In this document: positions 17,646 to 27,152 of the stretch, piece after piece | Layout of the letters: the number at the start of each line of letters is the position of its first letter | Numbering within the stretch: the first letter of the stretch is position 1 | NCBI RefSeq assembly: GCF_000299365.1 | Contig: NC_018655.1 | Span: 60,001-92,000 of the forward strand | Source: Candidatus Nitrosopumilus koreensis AR1 | GTDB lineage: Archaea; Thermoproteota; Nitrososphaeria; Nitrososphaerales; Nitrosopumilaceae | DNA length: 32,000 bases | Reading direction: 5' to 3' | Program-made: the position numbers and the translations under genes | Notes under the pieces: generated by a model | Database searches by the model: none | The model's input: only the letters and a program-made list of their open reading frames with translations | What the model was told of the DNA's origin: nothing

Positions 17646-18812
17646 TTAAACTATCCTAGATCTTGGACTGAATTTTTTTATGCCTGACAAATATCCTGCC
17701 TCTGCTACATTAGCTATAACTAGTGCTACAGCTAGTCCTAAAATCCCATATATTTCTCCTAAAATGAATATTAATACAATTTGTACGACAACAAAGATCG
17801 CTGAGGCTATTACAACAGTTTTGATTTTTTCATTTCCCATAAATTCTGACATATACATGAAAGTAACTGTTTTGGGAATTATGGCTATGCTAAGAATTTG
17901 TATTACTAAAATTGCATCCAAAAATTTTGGAAAGAAGTTAGGGATTAGAATTGGAGATAAAAAAATTCCTAATACAGCTAGTATTCCTGATGCACCAAAC
18001 ACAACTTTTTTTAATTTTATGTTTGGTTTTCCACTAGCATCTTGAGGAAGTGTGTAATACAAAACTGCAGCAGGCAATAAAGATAATAAATTAAAAATTT
18101 GAATTCCTAAATAATAATTTCCTAATATAGCAAATCCAAAAATTGGAGCAATAATTAATTTGTCTAAATGCCCACTTAAGACTTTTGAAATATCTAAAAC
18201 ATAGTTATTTGCAATAAAATTTTTTTTATTTTTTAGATGTTCTATTGAAAATTCGGATTCTTTTAGACTTTTGTATACTATTATTACAAATGGAATAAAA
18301 GATAATCCAATTCCTAATATTACTCCATCTGGACCTATTCCAAAAAATAAACCCATGGCCAGACCAAACATAAGTGATCTTTGGGTAATTATTAATTTTG
18401 AATATTTTATATAGAATTTTTTTCCTAACGTTTCGCTTATTATTAAAGTGAAAATTACATATCCTAAAACATGAATACTTACCCCTAAATTCTGAAATAT
18501 GAAAAATATAATTACCGAAGAAATAATCCCTGATAATCCAACCATATACCATAATGATTTTTGAATTTTTTCTCCTTTGGCAGTATACACTGTCATTGTA
18601 TTGTATGCACCTAATCCTGCTGCAACTCCTACAATTGATGCAATAGAAAGAAAATACCCTATTTCTCCATAGGCTTCAGCATCCATTAATGCTGCTAATA
18701 AAATCCAAAAAATTCCACCAATTGCAGATGCAACAAGATTTGCCACGCCTATTGCTGTTAGATCTTTAAATCTCACAACAAGTTTGATGATTTTTTCAAA
18801 AAACTTTGTCAT
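17646..18812 (-). CDS. Wzx-like polysaccharide/lipid-linked glycan flippase
   Basis: About 12 hydrophobic segments with AIGVANLVASAIGGIFWILLAALMDAEAYGEIGYFLSIASIVG, typical of the MOP/Wzx superfamily. Confidence 0.85.
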   Translation of the reverse strand: MTKFFEKIIKLVVRFKDLTAIGVANLVASAIGGIFWILLAALMDAEAYGEIGYFLSIASIVGVAAGLGAYNTMTVYTAKGEKIQKSLWYMVGLSGIISSVIIFFIFQNLGVSIHVLGYVIFTLIISETLGKKFYIKYSKLIITQRSLMFGLAMGLFFGIGPDGVILGIGLSFIPFVIIVYKSLKESEFSIEHLKNKKNFIANNYVLDISKVLSGHLDKLIIAPIFGFAILGNYYLGIQIFNLLSLLPAAVLYYTLPQDASGKPNIKLKKVVFGASGILAVLGIFLSPILIPNFFPKFLDAILVIQILSIAIIPKTVTFMYMSEFMGNEKIKTVVIASAIFVVVQIVLIFILGEIYGILGLAVALVIANVAEAGYLSGIKKFSPRSRIV

Positions 18813-18828
18813 AATTTTTCCAATTCTT

Positions 18829-19712
18829 TTAATTTTCTTTTCCTTCTCTCACTAAGTTTACCAATGTAAATAACAAAATTGCATTCATCAGAAAAATTAA
18901 ACCTAAAATTGTTGTTCCAATTCCAATCAACGAAACGTTGGTTATTATTTGTCTAGTTTCAGCAAATCCCTGAATTGCCCAAAAACTAAAAATAAACCAA
19001 TAGATAAAAGAACCACTCCTGGAATCCCATAAAACTTCAAAGGTCTTTCTATTGAAATGAATTTCATTGTGCTTACTATCACTGATGCACCATGACTCAC
19101 CGGATGATGTGTTGATGTATTTCCTTCATACAAAATTGTTACAGGAATTTCAAAAATTTTTAAATTTGCTTTATTTGCTTTAATTAAAATCTCTGTAGAT
19201 ACCCCCATTCCATTTTCTGATGGAGTAATAGATTCTAGAGCTTTTGAATTATATGCCCTTAAACCACTTTGTGAATCTGTTAATTCTTTCTCTCCGGATA
19301 TATTGGCAATCTTTGTGATTACTTTGATACCTGTTTTACGATAATTTGGAATATTTGATTCATCTTGACCTAAAAACCTAGAACCAATTACAATGTCTGC
19401 CTTATCTTTTGTTAATGGTTCAATTAGTGATGTGATATCTTCAACTCGATGTTGACCATCTGCATCAAATGTTACTAAACTATCTGTATTCAATTCTTTT
19501 GCTTTAAGAAATATACTGCGAATAGCTGCTCCATAACCCAAGTTTTTTTCATGGCGTATTACTATCACATTCATTTTTTCAGCAATTTTTGCGGTCATAT
19601 CACTTGAACCATCATCACAAACTATGATGGAATAGCCCTTATCCTGTAATTGAACAATCACTTTTGCAATATTTTTTTCCTCGTTGTATGCAGGTATTCC
19701 AATTGTTATCAA
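18829..19712 (-). pseudogene. GT2 (dolichyl-phosphate sugar synthase-like) glycosyltransferase with C-terminal TM pair, frameshifted near the 3' end
   Basis: ORF 18945..19712 ends ...LFLVFGQFRDLLKLDK*; adding one T in the 18988-18992 (or 18981-18985) run restores ...GLFFSFWAIQGFAETRQIITNVSLIGIGTTILGLIFLMNAILLFTLVNLVREGKEN*. Confidence 0.88.
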
Positions 19713-19792
19713 AATTATTTCCTCTTTTTACCTAAAGTAGATAAGGATGACGACTCAATTTATAATAACAACTAGAATATTGTTGATAAACT

Positions 19793-20746
19793 ATGAAATC
19801 CAAAAAAATTCTGATAACAGGCGGTGCAGGATTTATTGGAACTTCGCTTGCAAATACTCTTTCTAATAATAATGATGTAACGATTTTTGATAATTTTTCT
19901 GTAAATGCTAATTTTCAAAATTATTCAAATAATGAAATTATTTTGGTGAAAGGAGATTTGTGCAATCCTGATGATTATCAAAAATTAAGTAATGATTATG
20001 ATGTTGTATTCCATCTAGCTGCAGATCCTGAAGTTAGACTAAGTGTAACTAATTCACAATCAATATTTCAGAATAATGTTCAAGCGACCTACCACTTGCT
20101 AGAATGGTTAAAGACTATAGAAACAAAAACAATTTCATTTACATCAACATCTGCTGTATATGGAGATGTAGAAATTTTCCCAACACCTGAGACGATACAG
20201 TGTTTTCCAATTTCCTTGTATGCTGGAAGTAAATTAGCTTGCGAATTCATGATCTCTTCATATTGCCATACCTATGATAAGATTGGTACGGCGATCAGAC
20301 TTGCTAATGTGGTAGGGCCTTTTTCAAAACATGGTATACTTTTTGATATGCTAAATAAATTAAGAAAAAATCAAAATGAACTTGAGATTTTAGGAGATGG
20401 TACTCAAAACAAGTCATATCTTTACATAGATGATTGTATTTCTGGACTTTTAGCAATAACTCAAGCAAATACAAAAAATTTTCAAATATTCAATCTAGGT
20501 TCTGATACGCAAATTCAAGTTAAAGACATAGTTGACATAATATTGAAAAATACTAATTTAGAAAATACTCATAAAAATTTTTCTGGTGGAACAAAAGATG
20601 GTCGTGGATGGATTGGGGATGTAAAAACCATGCTGTTGGATATTAGCAAATCTAAGAGTTTAGGATGGACTCCATCTCTAAATAGCTCTGAATCTATTGA
20701 AAAAACAGTAATTGAATTATTAAAATCCAAACCTATTTTTGATTAA
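19793..20746 (+). CDS. NAD-dependent epimerase/dehydratase (UDP-glucose 4-epimerase-like SDR)
   Basis: ITGGAGFIGTSLA, SAVYGD, YAGSKLACE, GDGTQNKSYLYIDD. Confidence 0.93.
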   Translation: MKSKKILITGGAGFIGTSLANTLSNNNDVTIFDNFSVNANFQNYSNNEIILVKGDLCNPDDYQKLSNDYDVVFHLAADPEVRLSVTNSQSIFQNNVQATYHLLEWLKTIETKTISFTSTSAVYGDVEIFPTPETIQCFPISLYAGSKLACEFMISSYCHTYDKIGTAIRLANVVGPFSKHGILFDMLNKLRKNQNELEILGDGTQNKSYLYIDDCISGLLAITQANTKNFQIFNLGSDTQIQVKDIVDIILKNTNLENTHKNFSGGTKDGRGWIGDVKTMLLDISKSKSLGWTPSLNSSESIEKTVIELLKSKPIFD

Positions 20747-21593
20747 TTCTGTTATATCCAATCTTATTTTTTAGAACAAATGCATTTTTTGGTGATACAA
20801 AAAATGTTAATGGTGTTATTAAAAAATAAATTAAATCGTAAGTTGAATTAAATCCTAAATTTTTTACTGCATTTTTCTTGACTTGAAAATTTATTTTTCT
20901 ATTTTTTCTCCAATTTTTTCCTCTCATAACTGAATCTGTAGTTTCTCTTAATCTAATCAATGGTTTTGGTATATTTCCAACTTTGAATCCATTTGAAATA
21001 ACTCTAAAATACAAATCATAATCTTCTGCACCATTAAATGATGTATTATATGTACCAATTTTTTCTATGATTTTTTTTCTAAACATTATTGATGGATGTA
21101 AAAATGGATTATGAAACATGATTTTCTTTCTAATTTCTGAATTTTTTGTTGGTGGTTCAATGGTTCCTAAAATTTCATTATTTTCTGAAATTGATGTTGC
21201 CCAACTTCCTATTAGGTCTAAATTATTTTCTCTCAAAAATTTTTCTTGTTCCTCAAACCTATTTTTTTCAGAAATATCGTCTGCGTCCATTCGTGCAATC
21301 AATTCCCCGCTTGCTTCATTGATTCCTTCATTTAATGAATTTGCAATTCCTTTTTTTTGTTGTAAAACTACTTTTAATCTTGAATCTTTTGATTTTTCCT
21401 TAAGGACTGATTCAATATCTTTATCTAAATCTGAATTTGATTTTTCAAAAATTACAATCACTTCAATTTTTTGATATGATTGTTCTAATATGCTTGAAAT
21501 GCTTTGAATTAGAAGTTTTTTTTAATTTTAAAAACAGGGATTAGAACAGAAATGAGTTCTTTTTCTATCATCTTATTTGATTTTTCTGGCATG
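20733..21593 (-). pseudogene. GT2 glycosyltransferase, frameshifted near the N-terminus
   Basis: ORF 20733..21461 lacks the GT2 N-terminus. Manual translation from ATG 21593 gives MPEKSNKMIEKELISVLIPVFKIKK; adding one A at the A8 tract (21517-21524) joins it to LLIQSISSILEQSYQKIEVIVIFEKSNSD...GELIARMDADD. Confidence 0.87.
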
Positions 21594-22361
21594 AATAAAA
21601 CCATATTCATTACTGTGTTTATCAGGTATTAATTCAACTTGATATTCTATATTTTCTAGAAACTTTTTCAATTCATTTCCATTATGAATATTATCATTAT
21701 GATATTCTAACGAAATCAATTCAATTTTATTAAAAATCTGTTCGTTATTCATTAAAATTTCATACTCCGCACCTTCACAATCTAATTTTAACAAATTACA
21801 TTTTTCAATTTTATTTTCTTCAAGAATTTTTTGTAATGTAATAGATTCTACTTTTTTTTCTTTTGGTCCTTTTTTATTTGTTGAAGAACCTACAGTTCCA
21901 AATTTACCATATTCATCAGAAAACAAAGTGCTTATTCCATTCTTTTTACCAACAGCTTTTTGATACGTTACAGTATTTTTGATTGAATTAATTTGAATAT
22001 TTTTTAGAAGCTTATCATAATTTTTTTCATCTGGTTCATAACAAAATATCTTTGCTGATGGATATTTTTTGCCAATATATACTGAAAAAGTTCCAATATT
22101 AGCACCAATATCAATTATATGCTGATTTTCATTTGTTTTTATCAAATATCGATCATAATTATTTTCTGAAGAAAAGTTTTCTATAATTGCAACAACATCC
22201 AAAGCATTTTCATTTGTATAAAAATTAATTCCATTTTTTAATTCTATTTTTGGTGGACATTTATTTTTTATAATTAACTTTAAAGTTTCTTTAGAATTCT
22301 TTGTTATATTAATTATTTTTAAAATAATTTTTATTTTATGAAATAAATTTTGAATTTTCAT
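21573..22361 (-). CDS. FkbM-family SAM-dependent methyltransferase
   Basis: IIDIGANIGTFSVYIGKKYPSAKIFCYEPDEKNYDKLLKNI ... LLKLDCEGAEYEIL. Confidence 0.95.
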   Translation of the reverse strand: MKIQNLFHKIKIILKIINITKNSKETLKLIIKNKCPPKIELKNGINFYTNENALDVVAIIENFSSENNYDRYLIKTNENQHIIDIGANIGTFSVYIGKKYPSAKIFCYEPDEKNYDKLLKNIQINSIKNTVTYQKAVGKKNGISTLFSDEYGKFGTVGSSTNKKGPKEKKVESITLQKILEENKIEKCNLLKLDCEGAEYEILMNNEQIFNKIELISLEYHNDNIHNGNELKKFLENIEYQVELIPDKHSNEYGFIHARKIK

Positions 22362-22416
22362 GAATCTAATTACTTTTGAATTGGTGAATCACATTTAAAA
22401 TTTCTTTTATTAATTA

Positions 22417-23436
22417 TTATCTCTTTTTTCTATAAATTTCATTTTTTGTCCATCCTTTAAATGATGTTCCAAATCTTACTTCATTTTCATCTACCCATTG
22501 TATGGTTTCCTCTAATCCTTCCCTAAACGAAGTTGTGATTTTCCAATCAAGTATTTTTTTTGCTTTATTATTATTGCATTCTAATTTATTTACATCAAAA
22601 GGCCTAATCCTCTCTTTATCCGCTTTAATTTTGTAATTTTTATTCAATATTGAGCCAATAATTTTTACAATTTCTTTAATTTTGTAAGATTTTCCACTAC
22701 CTAAATTAATCGTCTCACCAATTGCTTTATCCGTAAAAAGTGCTTTAATCACTCCATTTGCTGTATCTCTAACAAATGTAAAATCTCTTGATGATTCTAC
22801 ATTTCCAAGTTTTATTTCCTTATTTTCTTTTTTGAACTGTGAAACGATTTCTGGGATGATATATGGCTGTGTAATTCTAGGCCCAAATGAATTAAATGGT
22901 CTAATTATGACTGCTGGGAAATTATGTTCTTTATGAATTGTAAAAACTGCTCTATCTGCTGCTAATTTACTTACTGCATATGTTGAATGTGGTAAAGTTG
23001 GATGATTTTCATCCATTGGACTTTTTTTTGCTGTTCCGTATACTTCACTTGTGGATATGTGAACAAAATTTTTCATTTTTTTATTTTTCATTGAAGCTAA
23101 AATTACATTTAATGTACCATTTGTATTCACATCAAAAAATTGCTGCGGGAAATTATATGAATCAGGAATGAATGGCAATGCCGCCAAATTTATTACATAT
23201 TCACACTTTTTAATTGATTTTTCTAAAAGTTTTTTATTTTTTATGTCTCCTTTAATGATTTCAATATTTTGAATATTTTTTAGATACTTTCTTTTACCTG
23301 ATGAAAAATTGTCATAAATAACTGCCTTTCCTCCTGAATTTGTTATCTGTCTTACGATTTCTGATCCAATAAATCCTGCACCGCCTGTTATCAGAATTTT
23401 TTTCCCTTTACATTGTTCTATAGTTTCAATTTTCAA
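22417..23436 (-). CDS. NAD-dependent epimerase/dehydratase (4,6-dehydratase/4-epimerase-like SDR)
   Basis: ITGGAGFIGSEIVRQ, TSEVYGTAK, YAVSKLAADR, RPFNSFGPR. Confidence 0.93.
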   Translation of the reverse strand: MKIETIEQCKGKKILITGGAGFIGSEIVRQITNSGGKAVIYDNFSSGKRKYLKNIQNIEIIKGDIKNKKLLEKSIKKCEYVINLAALPFIPDSYNFPQQFFDVNTNGTLNVILASMKNKKMKNFVHISTSEVYGTAKKSPMDENHPTLPHSTYAVSKLAADRAVFTIHKEHNFPAVIIRPFNSFGPRITQPYIIPEIVSQFKKENKEIKLGNVESSRDFTFVRDTANGVIKALFTDKAIGETINLGSGKSYKIKEIVKIIGSILNKNYKIKADKERIRPFDVNKLECNNNKAKKILDWKITTSFREGLEETIQWVDENEVRFGTSFKGWTKNEIYRKKR

Positions 23437-23482
23437 TATTATATTACACCAAATTTAGATTGTTTATTTAAATAATCCTAGA

Positions 23483-23498
23483 TTAGACTTAAGCCTAA
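23483..23498. promoter_or_regulatory. 16-bp near-perfect palindrome TTAGACTT-AAGCCTAA abutting the Nudix gene start
   Basis: Halves are reverse complements except one position; located in a divergent intergenic region. Confidence 0.35.
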
Positions 23499-23930
23499 TT
23501 GATCAAGTTTGTATCTGAAAAGGACTTTGAAATATCAAAAAGATCATTTCCTATGTCTTGTGTAGATCTAATTGTCTTAAATCCACAATCTGAATTTTTG
23601 TTGGTAAAACGAGCAATTTCTCCCTATAAGAATAAGTGGTGTTTGCCTGGTGGAATAATCCATTTTGGAGAAAAATTAGAGGCTGCTGTAAAACGAATCT
23701 CTAACAATGAATTGGGTATCAATACAAAAATCATTGAAGAGATTGGTTTTTTTGAAAAAGTTTATCCTGGAAGACATGATATCACTCATTGTTTTCTTGT
23801 TTCTACCAAAAATACTAACATAAAATTAGATTTCCAAGCATCTGATGCAAAATTCTTTTCTCAAATTCCTTCTCAAATAGGCTCATTTTATATCCCAATG
23901 CTTCAGAAAGCAATTTTTCTAGACAAGTAA
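23499..23930 (+). CDS. Nudix hydrolase resembling GDP-mannose mannosyl hydrolase (Gmm)
   Basis: LPGGIIHFGEKLEAAVKRISNNELGI is a Gmm-type degenerate Nudix box; SPYKNKWCLPGG; PGRHDITHCFLV. TTG start. Confidence 0.82.
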   Translation: MIKFVSEKDFEISKRSFPMSCVDLIVLNPQSEFLLVKRAISPYKNKWCLPGGIIHFGEKLEAAVKRISNNELGINTKIIEEIGFFEKVYPGRHDITHCFLVSTKNTNIKLDFQASDAKFFSQIPSQIGSFYIPMLQKAIFLDK

Positions 23931-23962
23931 TTTAAATAATTCATAACTTGATTTGACATACT

Positions 23963-24901
23963 GTGATTAACTGGAATGAAAAAAATGTCTTAGTTACTGG
24001 CGGAAATGGATTTTTAGGCTCATATGTTATTGAAGCATTGAAAAAAAAATCTGTTAAAAATTTAATCACACCTACATCATCGGAATGTGATTTAACTCAA
24101 CACGAAAATTGCAAAAGAATTGTTAAAAATATTGATATTGTTTTTCATCTAGCTGCTAAAGTTGGTGGTATTGGATTCAATAAAGAAAAACCTGCAGAAT
24201 TATTTTATGATAATATAATGATGGGAACACAATTAATGAATGAAGCAAAGAATACTGGCGTAGAAAAATTTATTGCGTTAGGAACAATTTGCAGCTATCC
24301 AAAATTTACGACATTGCCTTTTTCTGAAGATTCTATATGGGATGGATATCCTGAAGAGACAAATGCTCCATATGGACTTGCAAAAAAAATGTTGCTCGTT
24401 CAATCTCAATCCTATAGGCAACAATATGATTTCAAATCAATTGTAGTGTTTCCCACGAATCTTTATGGTCCTAGAGATAATTTTGATCCATCAAGTTCTC
24501 ATGTAATTCCTGCACTAATAAAAAAAATCCACAAATCAAAAATTGAAGATACCCCGTTAACCGTATGGGGTGATGGTTCTCCAACCCGAGATTTTTTGTA
24601 TGTGGAAGATGCAGCAAGGGGAATTATCTTAGCTGCTGAAAAATATGATGATGATTCTCCCATTAATTTGGGATCTGGAAAAGAAGTTTCCATAAAAGAA
24701 TTGGTCACTGTTTTATGTAAAATCATGAATTTTGAGGGTGAAATAATTTGGGATACATCAAAACCTAATGGTCAGCCACGAAGATGTGTGAGCATAAAAT
24801 TAGCAGAAGAAAAAATTGGATTCAAACCTTTAGTGAATCTGGAAACTGGTTTAGAAAAAACCGTAAAATGGTATATTGAAAAAATTAATGGAACCTTGTG
24901 A
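23963..24901 (+). CDS. GDP-L-fucose synthase-like (WcaG/Fcl) epimerase-reductase
   Basis: VTGGNGFLGSYV, AAKVGGIGFNKEKPAELFYDN, LGTICSYPK, YGLAKKM, LYGPRDNFDPSSSHVIPALI. Confidence 0.93.
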   Translation: MINWNEKNVLVTGGNGFLGSYVIEALKKKSVKNLITPTSSECDLTQHENCKRIVKNIDIVFHLAAKVGGIGFNKEKPAELFYDNIMMGTQLMNEAKNTGVEKFIALGTICSYPKFTTLPFSEDSIWDGYPEETNAPYGLAKKMLLVQSQSYRQQYDFKSIVVFPTNLYGPRDNFDPSSSHVIPALIKKIHKSKIEDTPLTVWGDGSPTRDFLYVEDAARGIILAAEKYDDDSPINLGSGKEVSIKELVTVLCKIMNFEGEIIWDTSKPNGQPRRCVSIKLAEEKIGFKPLVNLETGLEKTVKWYIEKINGTL

Positions 24902-24923
24902 TTACAATGTGCTTTTTACAATC

Positions 24924-26084
24924 CTAAATCGATATTTCAAAAATTTCTTTCAAAATATCATTCCTTTTTTTAAGGGAAAATTCTCCCTTTTCAATTGTCA
25001 GTTTAGATTCTTTTCCTATCTGATTTCTTAATTTTTTGTTTTCAATTAAAAGTTTGAAATTTTCAATTAATTTTTTTGTCATAAATGGTCTTAATTTTCG
25101 CATTTCTACTAGAAACTGTTTTGAATAATCATTAGGGGCCCCATTTTTTGCATAAAATGATTTTGGTTTAGGAAGATCTATCAATATACCATTTTTCATA
25201 TTTTGGATTAATTCTGGTGTGTTGTAAAGTGATGTTGCAATAACAGGTAATCCATAACTCATAGCCTCTAAAACTGATAAATTAAGTACTTCAAAGCCAG
25301 AATGAGGAAAAATATCTGATGTTTTAAATAATTTTTCTAATTCTCTTGTTGAAAGAGGTTTTTCTAAAATCGTAATATTGTTGTAGTTTTTCAATTTTTC
25401 TTTAAGGTGTTGAGGTACGATAGATCTTATTACTAATTCAACATTTTCGAAATCTTTTTGAATTTCTAAAAACGCATCAATTGTTTCATACATTCCTTTA
25501 AACTCAAAACTATCTATATTTGCTGGATTTGTACTTCCAAGAAATAAAATTTTTAACGTTTCATTATCTTGTTTTGAAAAATTTTTTGGTGGAACTGTAT
25601 ATCTAACAATCTTAATTTTTTCTGAAAAGTTTTTTGTATCAAAAGAATTTTGCAAAGTTTCTAAACTCCACTTACTCCAAGGCATTATACATTTACAACT
25701 ATTTGAAGAGAGTTGTTTTGAAATGATACTTTTACTAAATTTTATATCCAAATATCCTGATAATGCGTTTGAATATTCTAAATCAACAATCCAGTTTTTT
25801 TCAGTTTTAATTACATGTTGTGATGCATAAATTAAATCTACATCATTTTGTATTGTGACATCAGAATTAATTTGTTTTAAAATATATGGTAATGAACCAA
25901 AAGACTGCAAAAATTGTTTGTATAAGTAATTCCTATGTTTACTAGCTATTTTTGTAAATATATGATTTTGACTTTCCTTTGATGAAACAATTGTGTATCC
26001 TTCAGGAGGATAATTCTTTAAAATATCATACAATGCATGTAATTTCATTCCTGTAAATCTAGATTTTAGATATATTCTTTTCAT
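24924..26084 (-). CDS. Glycosyltransferase family 4-like (GT-B)
   Basis: ILFLGSTNP..., FPHSGFEVLNLSVLEAMSYGLPVIATSLYNTPELI. Confidence 0.88.
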   Translation of the reverse strand: MKRIYLKSRFTGMKLHALYDILKNYPPEGYTIVSSKESQNHIFTKIASKHRNYLYKQFLQSFGSLPYILKQINSDVTIQNDVDLIYASQHVIKTEKNWIVDLEYSNALSGYLDIKFSKSIISKQLSSNSCKCIMPWSKWSLETLQNSFDTKNFSEKIKIVRYTVPPKNFSKQDNETLKILFLGSTNPANIDSFEFKGMYETIDAFLEIQKDFENVELVIRSIVPQHLKEKLKNYNNITILEKPLSTRELEKLFKTSDIFPHSGFEVLNLSVLEAMSYGLPVIATSLYNTPELIQNMKNGILIDLPKPKSFYAKNGAPNDYSKQFLVEMRKLRPFMTKKLIENFKLLIENKKLRNQIGKESKLTIEKGEFSLKKRNDILKEIFEISI

Positions 26085-26091
26085 CGTTATC

Positions 26092-27005
26092 TTATTTTGT
26101 TATTTTATTTTTTATTATTAATAAAATCTCAAATATTACACCTAATCCAGCTTCAAAATTTAACATAACCATTTGATCCAAATTTTTTAAAAATACACTA
26201 CTTTCTAAATTTCTTATACACCATGATGTTAAAGGATAATTTGGAAAAATCATGCCCAATGAATTGCGGTTAAATTTTTTTGCCAAATACAAAATCCCTT
26301 GCCATGATTCTCCATGTTCTCTTCTTAACAACATTTTTTCTGGAAACTCATTATATGAACCATATTTTACTATGTTAAACATAATGGGCCATTCATCACC
26401 CAAAAATCTTTCATTAATCATACTTTTTTGAAGAAACTGTGTTCTCATTACCCCGTAAATCATATTACTGGATTTTGATTTTAAAATATCCTTTATTTTT
26501 TTAGAATAGTTTCCTTTAATTGGATAGAGATTTGGCCTTTTTGAATATAATTTTTCTCTAATTTTTTTTCTAGTATTTACAATTTTTTTTCATCTTCATT
26601 TGATTTTATAAAATCTTCTTTGGAAACTGACCCCACAAATTCTTTATTTTTAACAAGAAATTCAAAATTCTTTTCTAAAAATTTTGAATCCCATTCATCA
26701 TCTACTGCAGCCCATACAAAAAACTCTCTTTTTGCATTTTGTAAAACATAATCAAAATTTGACATACCTCCAATATTCGTAGATTGTTTATGATATGTAA
26801 TTCGACTATCTTGTTTTTGCATTTCTAAACAAATTTTTTCTGTTGCATCTGTAGATGCATTATTTGAAATAATAATTTCAAAATCTTGAAATGTTTGATT
26901 CAAAATTCCTTTGATTCTTTTCTCAAGAAATTTTTCTCCATTATATACAGGTAATCCAATCGAAATTCCTGAGGAAAATTTATTTGAATCATTATTTTTT
27001 TCCAT
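26092..27005 (-). pseudogene. GT2 glycosyltransferase, frameshifted into 26577..27005 and 26092..26463
   Basis: N-terminus SIGLPVYNGEKFLEKRIKGILNQTFQDFEIIISNNASTD...WAAVDDEW. Adding one A at the A8 tract (26583-26590) gives ...EDEKKIVNTRKKIREKLYSKRPNLYPIKGNYSKKIKDILKSKSSNMIYGVMRTQF... Confidence 0.88.
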
Positions 27006-27152
27006 ATTCCTTCTCTCGATTATAACTTATGGTTCAATTTGATGTTTATTCATTGTACCTTTAAAAAAATTGATTTTATAGATGATTAAATATATCAAAC
27101 TTTCAGAAATTAAATAAATAATATTAACACAAGTAATACTAATTTTACTATT

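Noticed and set aside
17680-18552. ORFs 17680..18045(+) and 18226..18552(-) inside the flippase gene
   Set aside because: Alternate-frame translations of a multipass membrane protein gene.
21118-21474. 118-aa plus-strand ORF opposite the GT2 gene
   Set aside because: Antisense shadow of the GT2 reading frame.
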